Part shown: piece by piece, positions 41,641 through 57,558 of the stretch
Layout of the letters: each line of letters opens with the position of its first letter
Numbering within the stretch: the first letter of the stretch is position 1
NCBI RefSeq assembly: GCF_009914755.1
Contig: NC_060938.1
DNA length: 64,000 nt
Direction: 5' to 3' (one strand)
Source: the human T2T-CHM13v2.0 reference genome, Homo sapiens
Position numbers and translations under genes: made by a program
Notes under the pieces: model-generated
What the model was told of the DNA's origin: nothing
Databases searched by the model: none
Seen by the model: the letters and a program-made list of their open reading frames with translations, nothing else

Positions 41641-42317
41641 TTGTGAGCCTTGTGCTTATGTATCTGTCTGCCCTGTGTGGGTGTTTTGTAAGCCAGGTAA
41701 ATCCTCTTTCAAATTACTCTTGAAAATTAAATAACTGTCTAAAATTGTAAGTTGAAGAAATAGCAGTACAAGCATGCTAAATAGGGAAACAGCTAAAGGT
41801 GTAATAAGGTTGGTTCTGGGGAATAAGATTAATAGGTTGGGAAGAGAAGGATAGAAAATAGTGCATTTTGTTACACACTTTTAACTACTATTTGCCTTTT
41901 AGAAACATATTTATACATTTTTTTCATTAAAATTTAACTGAAAAATGGAGTCAATTCTGACACACTTTCATAAAATGGGTCCTTATCAACTTTCTAATAC
42001 CCTGCCTTTTCTAGATAACCACTAAAATTGACTCACATTTTGTGTATGTAATACTAGTAGGATTATGCTTTCAAGATGATAAAAAGATTAAATTAAATTA
42101 ATTATTTATCTGAAGAATACCTAAATTCTTGTAAACCAAATGGTAATTGAAATGGAGCAGACTGTTTGAATGTCATTGCCTGGAGCTAATAATATTTTAA
42201 AGGAACATAAGACTTAAATATTTATAAAATTGAGGGATTTTTTTTACTGTTTTCAAAAAAGATATTAAAATTTTACAACCTTTGTAGAATTGATTTTTCT
42301 CTTTCTGTACTCAACAG

Positions 42318-42439
42318 AAAAAATAGTTTTATATTAACAAATCAGAATATATAAAAAACTAATTGCTTACAAAATACAATTGTATCAAACACATAGAATA
42401 TTGCAGTTTAGCTTCCTATGTTTGAATTTATTATATGAA
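42318..42439 (+). pseudogene. Ghost exon: C-terminal CDC25 'IxxIQxYQ' motif
   Basis: Strong acceptor ttttctctttctgtactcaacag|; KIVLY*QIRIYKKLIAYKIQLYQT; donor GAA|gtaaaa. A partial duplicate at 44790-44870 reads KIQLYQTYRCKVDYCSLASIFECI (cf. SOS-type EIQQYQNQPYCLRVE). Confidence 0.55.
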
Positions 42440-42899
42440 GTAAAACAAAGATTAAAAATGTATGCATTGGGGTTTTTGAAAGTAGACATCATGCATTCAT
42501 TCAGATTTTCTTACAGAAGAATCATTGATTTTATTCTGCATCTACATTTGACAAAGAAAGTATCAGAGGGGGGAAAAAAGTATGCCTCACAGGCAGGGTT
42601 GAAAATTCAGTTTCATTTTATTTCTTATCTTAATAGCAGGGAGCTGCTACACAGTAAAAAATATATGCTTTGGGAAGATTGAACTTGCTACCTTTCTCAC
42701 GGCTGTTCATCTTTTTCTAAAGGACAGTTATCAACTAAGCAAAAAATGAGGAAATAGTTATTCTGCTTGGCTTATGATATTATAAATCTATGACCACGTA
42801 GCTAGAAAAATCCAAGCATTGTAACTTAGAGTTTAAAAATTAAGAGGAAAGTGCTAAAGTGCTGTTGTCGGAAGTATAGTTTCTGAAGTATATAGAATA

Positions 42900-43697
<798 letters not shown>

Positions 43698-43699
43698 GA

Positions 43700-43880
43700 C
43701 TCTAATTGAACCTCTGAGCCCATTTAATCTAAGTCTTAGATTCTACACTGTTAAAATGGATTATCACTGGTATGTATTTTGTATAGGTGTTGTGAAGACT
43801 TAATGGGATAATTCATATAATAACTCAGCATATGTAACTGCACATATGTAGTACTCAAATAAAGGAGCTATTATTTTTAT
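43700..43880 (+). mobile_element. MIR fragment
   Basis: ctgttaaaatgg...gttgtgaagacttaatggga...agctattatt. Confidence 0.55.
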
Positions 43881-44140
43881 TGCCCATTTAATTTTTGACA
43901 AGATCTCTGGGAATCCTTTAGTTCATTTTTCCACTGTTAGACTGGAGTATACCCCACCTTTTCAAAAGGTCAGTACATTACCAGTGCAACATATAATTTG
44001 CCTTTAACATTTATTTTTGCCAATATCAATTTTCCCTGCTTTTCCACAGACATCAGTTACTATTCTTAGCCTAAAACTCAGTTCTCTCCAAACTGCTGAA
44101 CCCATTCTGATTAAGCAGGCAATACATATATTAGCAGTCT

Positions 44141-44593
44141 TGAGGTAGGAGGCAGGACTTGAACTCTGGACCAGATTGAAGACTAGCTGAAACAGGGAAG
44201 AAGTGAAAGCACCTCTGTTAGACACACCCACCAGTGTCATGTCAGTTTACCATTGCCATAGCAACACCTGGAAGTTACCACCCCTTTCAATGGCAATGAC
44301 CCAATGACCCAAAATTTACTACCCTTTTTCTAGAAATTTCTGCATAAGCCACCCCTCAATTTGCATGTAATTCAAGTGGGTATAAATATGACTACAGACC
44401 TGCTTCTGAGCTGCTCCTCTTCACTGCCTATGGAGTGGCTCTGCTTTGCAGGAGCAGTCACAGATCTGTAATACGGCCGCTTTGATAAAGCTGTTTTCTT
44501 CTATTACTGACTCCTACCTGAATTCTCTCCTGAACAAAGCCAAAAAATTTCTGGGGCTAATTCCCAATTTGGGGGCTCATTTTGTCTGCAACA
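44141..44593 (+). mobile_element. LTR9-family (LTR9B-like) solo LTR
   Basis: TG...CA ends with perfect 4-bp TSD GTCT; tgaggtaggaggcaggact start; TATA at 44381. Confidence 0.75.
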
Positions 44594-44789
44594 GTCTTAG
44601 TCTCCAACCAGCTGAGTTTAGAATGAATACTACAGTCTTAATCCCAAAACGAGATTAAGTTTGGGGTTTGAGGAGTAATAACTTCTTAAACTTCAGAATT
44701 GTCACTGTCTCTCATTAGCTTTCTTCCTGGGCTATGACTTCCCTGATTTGTTCAATAAGACAGAATACCAGGCCTGGTGGCTGTATGTC

Positions 44790-44995
44790 ACAAAATACAA
44801 TTGTATCAAACATATAGATGTAAAGTAGATTATTGCAGTTTAGCTTCTATATTTGAATGTATTATATAAAGTAACATAAGGATTAAAAATGTATGCATTG
44901 GGGTTTTTGAAAGTAGACACCATGCATTCATTCAGATTTTGTTAAAGAAGGATCATTGATTTTATTCTTGCATCTACATTTCACAAAGAAAGTAT
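44790..44995 (+). repeat. ~200-bp direct duplicate of 42369-42563
   Basis: Colinear match with an 11-nt indel. Confidence 0.95.
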
Positions 44996-45476
44996 GGTTT
45001 ATTTCTTCTACATTTCACAAAAAAGAGCATGGTTGGTCCCTAAACCAACCATACTTTCTCTCTTAATTCTAATACCTCTGTGATTCCTGAGATTTTTCTT
45101 CCTTTAGTGCAAATAAGCTCTCAGTTGGCCTACATGGATTTCAGCAACTATTTGTCAGACAATTTTGATAACTCCATGATGAGGATAAGCTTTTATCATT
45201 TCCTCTGTTATTCCCTCAGAATAGATAGTCTCAGATCTTTCACTGACTTTTCCTCTTCTTCCTCCATATGTCCTATTTTTCAATATTTGTCTCACTACAC
45301 CTTCATTCTATCTTTATCACAGTAAGATTGAAAACGGCACCTTTTTTTCAAAGTCAGTAATTTACTAAAGTTATGTGAGACAGTGTGAAGAAAAAAATCA
45401 TTGTCCAACAGTTAGGATAAAGTATACCTTCTCAGTAAAAGTGAATTTGTGTCTCCAAAGATTGATTTTATTAAAG

Positions 45477-47281
45477 CATCTTTTATTTCCACCCCCAACA
45501 AAATGTACTCAGTACGACCAGTTTCTGATAGCACTAACTCAAACTCGTACACTAAAGAAAGTATACTTTTAAAATGATGATGACTATTTATATCTATATA
45601 TAATGGGATTGGTATAAACTGTCATTTTCTTTATAAAAAAGATCTTGACCTTTAGAAAATGGAAGTTTTTCCCCGTAATTTAACTTAAGAGTGAAAGGTT
45701 GATTTTATAATTCTTTATGAATAATAGACCCATGACTATAAATTCAGCAGATTGTGAGACACAGTAGTTGTGATGAATTGTTGTCAATATAAAGTAAGAT
45801 ATCAGGACAATTTTGTAATACAAATTGTATACAACATCACAATCATTCTGGTGAAAATTTTAAGGAACTTAATCATTCCTAAAGCTAAAATGATGGACTG
45901 ATATAGTTCTACATTAGTTTGTTGAGATAAATATCTTCACTCGAGATTTAGCACATTTTAGGAATGACAAGTGAATGTATGGTAAAATCAGTAATATGCA
46001 CTGATGGAGTTCACCCTTACCTTATTTTTTTCCAATTAGAATGATGTTATAAATTAAACATAGTGACAATGAGGTGGGATAGGTTCTAATGTATAAATCC
46101 TGAAGTGAATATTTCTGTTACTATAACATGCCAGGAGATTTTATTTGCATACCCAGTTTATAAGGTATTTGATTAATGCTATAATTAACCCCAACTTAAA
46201 AATAAATGTGAAGGTCATTTTAATTGCTGACATTTAATCTGTGCATGAGTTATATGGAAGAATATTTTTAATTTTATCACTTAAAGGGTGTTTGTCTCCT
46301 CTTGAAATTATTTTCTTTTTATTTTCCATGTTATAATTGTCACCTTTGTTGTTCCTTCAAAAAGCACCATCCAGAAAATATGCTTAATAATAAAAACTAA
46401 GCACAATTACCTAAACATGCTTTTCTTCCCCTGAGACACAGCAAAGCACAGGGAAAGTATGAAGAAAGAGACCCAGCAGCAGTGATATTTTTATAACTAC
46501 ACCCTGTAGGTAATCAACAATTTGCTGAAATGTTTTTAAAATATCTATAAATCTTACTACATGTGTAATGGTCCTTTTACAAAGTGTATCAATTACAGAC
46601 AGACAATAAACTGTAGTGCATATTTTCCCAGCCCAAAGACAAAAAATATTTTGAGATTAAAAAAAAGTCTGTGTGTGTGTGGGGGTGGGTGTATACACAT
46701 ACATACATATGAAATGCTACACAGAGTATCTATCCCATTAGTGTTTATAATTCACATTAGTAAATTACTCTGCGGAAAACATTATATAGGAAACATTTTA
46801 AATTAAGTCTAGCCTAATTTTTCTAAATTTAATTAAAACTCTTCCTTTTTTTTCACTGCACACGTATCATCTTCTCAAAATGTTTTGTGCAAGGAAGACT
46901 AAAACCATGTGGTAGGAAGTATCATCTTCATTATACAGACAAGGTAACTGAGTTAAAATATGAAAACATTCACCCAAAGAAAACCTATAAATGATAGTAC
47001 TGCAATTTTAATATGGATCAACTGACTTACGATTCAGTTTCCTTTTTGTCACCCAAATTTGTCCTTCATATATATAATTATATATTTATTTTTATATATA
47101 ATTTGAACTCTATATATAGAGAGAGTCTGGTTATGTTTTTAGAAAACATATTAAATGTTAAGGTATCTCTGAAGAAAACTACACATTATATTTAAATACT
47201 AATTTATTTTCCCTCTAATTGCTGTATAACTCTGGGTGAACTTCCGGGATTGAGGATGCCAAGATTAAAACAGATTGCCAG
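45477..47281 (+). pseudogene. Three candidate linker exons (45477-45560, 45728-45793, 47219-47281)
   Basis: Lengths 84, 66 and 63 nt with donors gtatac, gtaaga and CAG|gtgagc; open or single-stop frames; no confident domain match. Confidence 0.3.
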
Positions 47282-49844
47282 GTGAGCTGGTAGGAAAAAA
47301 TGTGGATATTATTACAACCTCATCTTTCTGCTCCTCAAGTGCAAAATTTTGGGAAAAAAAATGTGAGTAGGTGTGATTCTTACACAGTTTCTCATTTGGT
47401 GGAAAGTTACTTTTTGAAAGATTGAACACAGGCAGTAAGAGCTCTTGAATTCAGAGGACTGGCTTCATTGCCTACAATCTGTGTACTTATAAGTAATTGG
47501 TAAACCATTAAGTGCATTATGAAGAATATTAGAAATGGAAAACATTTAAAAATTATTTGTTGGTATGAATTAATAAGATTGGCCATATATATAAATATGG
47601 TGTACCCATAAAAATGCAACAGTTGTATACTAAAAAGTAACCCAGATGCAGAATTGTATCTATATTGATATCTATATCCATATTTATATCCATGTAAATA
47701 CATAGACATACAGATAGATATAGATTAGATATAGATACAGGTAAAGGTAAAGTACAGATATAGAGATAGAGATATCCATTTTCTTCTCAGAAAAGATAAC
47801 AAAACTACTCTCATAATCTATTTTATTCAATAAACCTTTATCTGTACCCTAATATATAGAAGGCATTGGTCAAGGCCCTGTGATTATTTAGTTAAATAAT
47901 ACTACTCTGACCTCAAGAAATGTAAATAAAGTCTCGTAGACGAGAACAGGCTTATATACCTGTAAAATAAAGGGGAAAGGACAAGGTCTAATATAATAAA
48001 CGCTATATAAATTCTATAGTTGAGATAAGACCATTGGATGAAGGGATTACTGGTTCTGTTTCAAGGAACTGTTAAAGGCTTAATGATTGAACAGGCTATT
48101 TATTCAGCTTAAAATATCCAAACACTTCACTCTATCACTATTTTATTAAATCTTTACCAGAAGGATCTAAAGTCCTTGAAATAACTTAGCTCTATTTAAA
48201 TATATCAAATCCAGTTTCAGATTCTTTCACTGGGTCTTCACGTTGAAAGTGAATGTTCAATTGAAGGTAACTTTCAATTCACCTTCTGAAGTCAGTACAG
48301 AAAGAAAATCAGTTTTGCTCTAATGTTTAGTGGCTTCTCTGCCTGCCTCTGAGGCATTGAAAGGCTGTAGACGATCAGCAGTCCTACAGGGTTTTTGTTT
48401 TAAATCAGTCTGAGTAATCTTGATTTTAAAAAGGTAGAATAACTTTAAGAAGGATGTAGAGGAAAAAAGCAAACATATAAACCTGCAAAAAATGATTTTT
48501 GATGTACTCATTTCCCAGTGTATTATGAAGTGAAAGGAAAGGAGAGATTATCTTCATCCTTTCCTAAGTGGAGTGCCAACCAGCCAAGTTCAGGGATTCA
48601 TTCATGTGCATAAAATCACCAAACTGGCTATGCATTGTTTCAGTTTTCTTGAGGCAAATAAAAATGACACTCATCTAATAAGTCATTACTACTCTCCATC
48701 ATCTTATCAGAGCAGGTATCACTTTTGTTAGGCTTATTTTGTCTGTTATTTTTACATGTTTAGATTGAGGTTATGCATTTTTGGCAATAATATCACAGAA
48801 GGGATGTGTCCATTTCTCTGCATTGTATCAGGAGGTACAGAATGTCATATGTCATTATAACTGGTGATATTAACTTTGATCATGTGGTTGATGTCGTGTA
48901 CGGCAGGTTTATCTACTGTAAAGTTACTGTTTTGCATTCTGTATTGATAAATATCTTAGAGGAAGATATTCTGACACTACACAAATATCCTGTAATGTAT
49001 CTCTTCTAAAAATGTGCATAATTTTAGCATGCAATCTTGCCACTAATAATTATTATTGTGTTATTCTAATGAAAATGTTCTATTTTCTTCATTTCTTCTA
49101 CACTTATTAATCGGATTTATTCTGCAAAGAAGAACTACCCATTCTCCCACATTTATTTACTTATTCAATTATACATTTATATCAATTGGACACATGGATA
49201 TTTACATTATTCTGTGAGCTATAATACAATGCTACATTATTTTGTTGCTCAAACTGTTGTATATTGGTCATTGAAGCTCTTTCACAGAGTCCCCTCTGCC
49301 CTTTTAATGTGCCCTCATCCTTTTATGAGCATTTCCTTACTTTTTGATGTCCAGGATGCTCTGGACTCATCTTGTATATTTTCTTTTCTTGACCTGGAAT
49401 CAAACACTCCTCTTAAGCGCTCAAGTTCCTTGTAAAGGAGAGTGCAATTAAAACACTAAGGTCTGAATACCTGGTGTGCTCACTGCTACGGAAGTAGTAT
49501 TGTTTCCAGGACTTCTCAGCTCACAAAGCTTAAAGCTTAGATTAAACACACATGCATAAAACATTTATATATTTTCTCTATCTAAATATTTGTACAAATA
49601 TTTAGAAACCATATATTTATAATGATAGTTTCACCTATCACTCTAACAACCACAGGTTTTATTCTAGCTGTTCCACTTCAGTCCTAGTAATTTTTTCTCT
49701 GCCATTGAGAAACCAGAATCTCAGTATATAAAATGTATTTATTTATTTGTTCAACTTTATTATTTAGTCTCAAATTTCCTAACCCACATGCATTTGATTT
49801 AAAAAGTTTGCTAACTAGAGTGCAATATTTGTTTACTATTCTCT

Positions 49845-50185
49845 CTTGGTCTGTCTGTTCTGCTATAACATAATGCCTGACACTGGATAATTTATAAAGA
49901 ACAGAAATTTATTTTCTCACAGTTCTAGAGGCTGGGAAGTCCAAGATTCAGTCACTGGCATATTTCAAGGGCCTTCTTGTTGCATCCTCTGCAGAGAAGA
50001 AACACTTTCCTCACATGGCAGACAGCAAAAGGCAAAGAGGCCAACGGGGGCCCAAATATGGCCTTTCATGACAATATTAATCCCACTCTTGAGGGTGGAA
50101 CTATCACCTCCCAAAGGTCTCACCTTCTAACACTGCAACCAAATTTCAACATGAGTTTTGGAGGGAACAAATGTTCAAACCAAAA
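49845..50185 (-). mobile_element. MST/MLT1A-type MaLR LTR
   Basis: gctataac...aatttataaagaacagaaatttatt...gaggctgggaagtccaag. Confidence 0.8.
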
Positions 50186-50585
50186 CAATTATTTTTGTCT
50201 TTAACCTTACAATATTTAGTTAAAACACTGCTTTCCAAAGTAACTATAGTTAGTTTTCTTTTTGTTTCCTATTACACTATGTGTGGTTTTGTTGTTCACT
50301 TGTTGTTCATTTAGGTTCATAGGTCACAGTTTGTGTTTGATTTGGGATTCCCCCACATACTGGTTATTTTTGATTTACATACAGTAAAATTCACTTTTTG
50401 TAGTATGTAGCTTTATGGGTTTTGAGGAGTCATATATTCATAGTCCTGATACAAAACAGTCCATCACACTAAAAATTCTCTTGTTACCCACTCCATTTTC
50501 CTAAATCTGACAACTACTGGCCTGTTTTCAGTCTATAGTTTTCTTTTCCGTGATATCATATAAGTAGAAACATACAATATGTAGA

Positions 50586-50805
50586 CTGGGGGTTCTCAGT
50601 GAGAGACAAATTTGTTCCCAAGGGGATATTTGACAATGTCTGAAGACATTTTTTGATTGGTAAGACTGGAGTGAGGGTTACTACTGACCTCTAGTGGGAA
50701 GAGGTTAGAGATGCCACTCAACCTCCTGCAATGCACAGGACAACCCCGGACAATAAAGAATTATCTGGCCCCAAATGTCGGCAGTGCTCAAGATGAGAAA
50801 CCCTG
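50586..50805 (+). mobile_element. MER20 (hAT-Charlie)
   Basis: ggttctca...gagaaaccctg ends; aatgcacaggaca...aaagaattatctggcccc. Confidence 0.88.
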
Positions 50806-52744
50806 ACACACATTTTTGGGTCCAGCTGCTTTCACACTTAGCAACCAGATTCAAAGAATCACTTAAAAATTCATCCATGTTGTTTTCAAATCAATAGTTG
50901 TTGAATCAATGGTTTCTAACTTTTTTTTCTGACTAGTATTACATTGTGAGCCACATCTCACATAGATTGCCAATCCATTTACATGGGGAAGGATATCCTG
51001 TTGCTACCAGATTTTGGCAATTATAAGTTAGGCTGTTATAAACATTTATATGCAGGTTTTACGTGGACATAATTTCATTTGTCTTTGTCAGAAATGTGAT
51101 TGTTTCTCCCAGTCTGTGTCTTCTTTTTCTCCTCATAATACTGTTGTAGATGAAAAAATAATTTTTTACAAGGTCCAAGTTTCTATGGATTGTGCTTTTG
51201 TTGTTGTATCTAAATACTCTTAGCTTAAACCAAGCTCATACAATTTTCCTTATGTTTTATTGTTTTATATTATTTGTCTATATTTAATATTTGTCTTGTG
51301 ATCATTTTGAGTCAAATTTGTAAGGTGTGTGGCTTGGGTCAAGGTTTATTTTTGTACGTATGAACATCCAGTTGTTCAAGTTCCAGTTAAGACTATCCTT
51401 TCTCTGTTGAAATGACTGTACATTTCTCAAAAAAATTAAATTGACTATGTTTGGGTGGGTCTGTTTCTGGGCACTCTAATCCATTATATCTATCTAAAGG
51501 TGTGTCCTTCAGCTAATATCATACTGTCTTAACCACTATAGCTTCATAGTCAGTCTTGACATCTAGTAACGTGAATCATCTAACTTTTTACTTATTTTTC
51601 AAAGTTGTTTTGGTTATTTTGTTTCTTTTTTCTTTCCATAAATTTTATAATCATCTGTTAATATATATATTTAGAGAAAAAATCATTGGTATTTTGATTG
51701 GTATTGCATTTGATTTATAATTTAACCTTAAGATAATTGAATTTTTAACAAAGTGGGTCTTTCAATCCATTAACACAGTATATCTTTCCATTTATTTTGA
51801 CCTTACTTGATTTCTTTTATCCACATAATTTTCTGCATACAGAAATATGCATGTATGCATTAAATATATATATATCTCATAATTTGTTTTATTGATGATG
51901 GTAGCATTCTTATCTTTTAAGTAATATGGTTCATTGCTAGTATGCAGAAATACGATTGATTTTCTGCAGAGTGATATTTTATCTTTAGATCTTTTTGAAC
52001 TCACATATTAGTTCTAGAAGCTTTTTAAAGAGTCTATGGGATTTTCTATGGGATCAGTCATGTTTGTAAAGAAAGACATTATTATTTCTTTCCCTTTAAT
52101 CTGTACACTTTTTATTCTTGCCTTATTAAACTAAGATTTCCAGTATGATATTGGCTTGGCTTGTTTCCAATCTTAGCACAAACATCCTTTGTTTATATCA
52201 TTAAACATAATGTAAGTTAAATGTTTTTGTACCTCTTCCTTATTGAGTCAAAGAAGTTTTTATTCCCAGTGTTCTAAGATTTTTCCACATTCTATTCAAT
52301 ATCTATTCTTCAATAAATAGATATTGAATTTTGTCAAATCCAGTTTCTGCATCTAGAGTTAATCACATGATTCCTCTTTTTAAATATGATGTTAATATTG
52401 TTAATTTTATCGATCAATTCTTGCATGTTGAACCAGTTTGGTATTGTTGGGATAGACCAACTTTGGCTAGGATATGCAATTACTTTTATATTATGTTTTG
52501 GTATTAATTTGCTAAAATATTTTATCAGGATTTTTGCATCTATGTTTATGAGAGATATTAGCATGTAGTTCTCTTGTAATGATTTTTTTTTCCAGTTTTG
52601 GCATTACAACAGTGTTGGGCTCATATAATGTATTTTTATTTTCTTAAAGTGTCTGAAAGAGATTATGTAGAAATGGTATTATTTTTCCTTTAATGTTTGG
52701 TAAAGTTCACCAGTAAACCCTCCAGTCTGTAGGAGATTTTTTTA

Positions 52745-53023
<279 letters not shown>

Positions 53024-53182
53024 CTACCAATTTGTCAACTATTCTTGCTGAATTCTCCTTAGTGTTGTCCAGTGTCTGTACTAGTTAAGCAAAGATTCAA
53101 ATCCTGACTCGCTGCAGGTGCCTGTTTCTCCCCAGATATTAGGTTAGCAGATTGCCCTGGGATGGTCTCTCTCTAATGACTG

Positions 53183-53950
53183 CCAATCAAAACCACAATG
53201 AAATACCATGTCATACCAGTCAAAATTGGTGTTATTAAAATGTCAAAAAATAACATGCTGTGAGGTTGTGGAGAAAAAAGAGTGCTTACACACTACTGGT
53301 GGGACTGTAAATCAGTTCAGCCATTGCAGAAAGCAGTTTGGCAATTTCTCATAGAACTCAAAGCAGAATTACCGTTTGACTCAGCAATCCCATGACTGGG
53401 TATATACTCAAAGGAATATACATTGTTCTGCCATAAAGATATGTGCACGTGTATGTTTACTGCAGCACTGCTCACAGTAGCAAAGACATAGAATCAACCT
53501 ATATGCCAATCAATGGTAGACAGGATGAAGAAAATGTGGTACAAATGCACCATGAAATACTATACAGCCATAAAAAAGAATGAGATTATGTCCTTTGCAG
53601 TAACATGGACAGAGCTGGAGGCCATTATGCTAAGTGAACCAACACAGTAACAGAGGGCCAAATATCACATGTTCTCACTTATAAATGGGAGCTAAATATT
53701 GAGTACAGATGTTCACAAAGAAAGGAACAACAGACACTGGGGCCTGCTTGAGGGTGGAGAGAGGGAGGAGGGTGAAGATCAAAAACCTACCTATTGGGCA
53801 GCATACGTAGCATATCTACCTATGCTTATCTCCTGGGTGGTGAAATACTCTATACACCAAACCTCTGTGACATGCAATTTACCTATATAACAAACCTCCA
53901 TGTGTACCCCTGCACCTAAAATAAAAGCTCTAAATAAATAAATAAATAAT
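53183..53950 (+). mobile_element. L1PA15/16-like 3' end
   Basis: Canonical primate L1 3'UTR, aataaa and (taaa)n tail. Confidence 0.85.
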
Positions 53951-54981
53951 TCAGAAAGAAAAAGAAAAGCTATGGATTTGGAGTTTTTGTAGATTTTTCT
54001 TGGGAGAACAATATTCTTTCCAGCATTTTACATCACTGAATAGAAGTTGGAAATCTCTTGAAGTGTTAAATATTTAGTAACATATATTATTTAATTTCCA
54101 GAATATTTTTATTCCTTGTCTATTTAGATAGTTTAAGCAGTATATAATGTTTCAAACATTGTTCTATTATTATGGTGATTCTCGTCATCTGTTTTGCATC
54201 TGTTGACCTTCTCCTGATAGTGAGTACCTGGTAGTGTTGGTAGTTTGTCATCTTGTGTGATCTGCAATTTTGAACATGAACACATCTTCTGGTCTTTTTT
54301 GTTCTTTTCTTTTTCTTTATTCCCACATCTATACACTGAATTGTGGGAATTACCTGCAGAGCAATTTTCTGTTTGCCTCTGAAGGAGCTCTGATGATGAA
54401 ATTAGACAACACTCTTGCATTTAGTGCTAACCTGGGATTTTTATTACTCATAAGTGAACTTTGCTTTTATTTTTCTGCTCACAACCCTTGATGCTTCCAC
54501 AGGCTTCCTAACTTTTCCTCAGTTATTTAGCAATTTTTCTTGGCCAAGTTTCACTGACAAAAATCTTTTGAGGCTTCCAGTTTTGCAGAGGATTTGAACA
54601 TCCTCCTCCCATAAGTTCTAAATTACAACTCCTTTTGCATAATCTGATGTACTTATCTTTTCTGGCATTAGTTTACACTTTCCATGTTGGCTTGTCAGAA
54701 ATTATACCATACATAGTTTATGTACATCTCCAAATTCAGTTCACTGTGATTTTCTGTTTAATTGTAGTGATGACCTTCCAGGAAAGTCAACTTACAAAAA
54801 GGACACTGTTGCTAGTAATACGTGTCCCAGCATCATAATTATTAAGTTTGACCTGTGTCTAATTAAGAAATTAATGGATGCTGCACTTGATCAGTTTGGG
54901 AGAAGTTGTTAATTATAAGTATTGTGATGAAGGGTAGCTGTTTATTCCCTAGTAAATATAGGCTAAGGATTTTTTTTTTAG

Positions 54982-55016
54982 GTTGTGTGTCTGGCATTTG
55001 TAACTGTTTCTATCAG
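54982..55016 (+). pseudogene. Ghost micro-exon preceding the RA domain
   Basis: ttttttttttag| 35 nt CAG|gtaaga; VVCLAFVTVSI; phase 2 joins the next exon in frame. Confidence 0.45.
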
Positions 55017-57558
55017 GTAAGACAGAACTTTTTATATAGCAGCTTAGTCTATCATGTAAGTTAATTCTCCAAAAAACAACAGAAATGTATATGATAACCT
55101 AGTCAGCATTTGCCTGAAATCAGTGTCAAACTTGGTGGTCTAAATACTTTTCAAAATCATCTCTTGAAAATGGGAAGAGAGATTTCTGAAAAACCTGGGC
55201 TCGGAAGCCAAGCTTCCTGAACTTGGAGCCCATCTCTAATGCTCAAAAGATGTAAGTATTTGAATGATTCAAACCTTTCTCTGCTAGTTTTCCTCCTCTG
55301 TCGAGAGGATTAAATGAAATAATATAGGTAAAATACAAATTAATATTGGCTGTTTCACCCCTCTCCAATGTCAGTCTCCCTCTCACCTTCTGTATACGTA
55401 TAAAGAGAGTGACCTTACGTATGTGAATATATTTACACGTATGTGTTTACATTTGTACATGTTTATATATATACATACTTATAAAGCACAATATATATTA
55501 TATATCTATGTTTATATACATATATATCATTAACATCACCAAGATTATTTCCATGACCTCACTTAGAAATGTCTTCAATACCCTGCACAAGAAACTTGAG
55601 CTCATTTATAATAACTAGGAGGTCTTTTACTACTTCATCATCAATCTTGGGCTTCCATTTCTTTTTAGCAATATTTGTTTACCTTTCTAGGTTGACGATC
55701 ATTTTCTGTTAAAGAAAAACTCATACAAAATATCTGAAGTGTTTTCACATGCACTCCTGTTGTCTGTATGTATTTGGCTAATGCCAACCTGCTTCTTCCT
55801 TCTTCAAACATTCTCTGTTACCATGAAGTTTTCAACCAACTCAATTTTTGTCTGGATTTCATTGAAGATAAAGACGAGTTTCTACATTGATAATGTAAAA
55901 TGCATCAACTCTTTAAGCCTGATTTAATGAAAAAGGCATTACAATGGGAGCTAAGCCTTCAGATTTATTATTCAGGCTCTATTTTTTTCTCTTCGTATAA
56001 CCTTTGAGAAATCACCTAACTTAAGACCTACTATGAAAACATATGGGGTTGGTGTTGGAGATAAATGAGAGTTTTCTTTATATATACTTAGCCTCAATTT
56101 TTGATAGAGTAGTATATTTTTATTTTAAATTATGTCATAACACTGAAATGTTCAGAGAATAACATAGGTTAACATGAATAAACTTCCCCATTAATAAATA
56201 TTAACAATTATGTTTTGTTTCTAATAAAATAAAAAGAATATTATGAAAAAAATTAAATCGCCCTTTTCTATTCTCAAATATTTTAGGTTTTTTTCTCATA
56301 AAAAACAATTACATGCTCTTTAATGTAGTCATTTTATATAGGCATATCTAAATGAAGTATTTTTTAATGTACATCTTATACCCATCATTTTGCCATGTGC
56401 TCTTCACTCAACATTAAAATTTTTAAATCTGTGTTTATATATACACTGCTTAGTTTTCATTAATAATCTGTCTATGAATAGACAATAATTTGTATACCAC
56501 TTCGTCACTTGATAGAAATAAATATTGTTTTTACTTTTTATAATTATACACATTTTCTTCACAAAGCAGTCTTTTGTTCAAATGCCCAACCTTACTTAGA
56601 TTTAGCAGTGATATTAAAATAAATGATAGAAAAATGATTTCTAATAAGAGAGAAATCTGTATCACCTCCAGAAACTCTCTCTACATTGAATAAAGCAAAT
56701 TAAATTGCCTTACATTCCAAGTAGAGAAGTGCTGCCTTTTCTTCTCTGCCAAATCTTCAGAAATACAATCAAAGATTTTATACATTGAAAACTACTCTAC
56801 CAGGTCATTTGTAGATAATAATCTCTTATTATAACTTTTTAGTTGTGCTTCCAGATGAGTTATTTAATTCATCAACATTTATTGAATACTGTGTTTTTTT
56901 ACTGATAGCAAAAAAGAAGATGGCATTAAGTGCCCTTAAGAAGTATATACTAATCAACTGCTGCAGAATATGTGTTATGTATTAGAATGCATGGGAAGAA
57001 ATGAGAACTTCAGGTGAAATGGTTATAGAAATGTATGAGCAAGTGATTTGAGTCACACCTTCATAGATGGCTAAGAGAGGCAGAGAAGAATTGAATTGCC
57101 CAAAATATGTGAGTATATTGAAAATTTAACTCTGTAGATTGCAAGTTGGACCGTGCACAGAATTCAGAGCAGACTTTTCAGGAAGCGAAATGGAGGGAGA
57201 CATACAGACTGAATTTTATGCAAAGTTAAAAATCCTGGGCTTTAATTTTTACAGACAGAAAATGGAAAAAAAGAGTATTTATAAAGGAAAATTGTATGAT
57301 ACAATTAGTGTTATATGGTGTGATGCATTTATTTGATAGTGCCTAATCGACATAAAGATATGATTCTACACAAGTTTTTGTACTTTTTGCATTCTATTAG
57401 TTTTAGGTTCAATTGAAGTGAACTATAAAACAAATGTATATTCATTGTATTTTAAATTAACTAATGCTCTTGGGAATATTCATTTTTCTAGTTTAGACAA
57501 TTTTAAAGTGTCTCTAGGTATATGAATTGCTAAAATTTTCTATTTATTTGGATATCAG

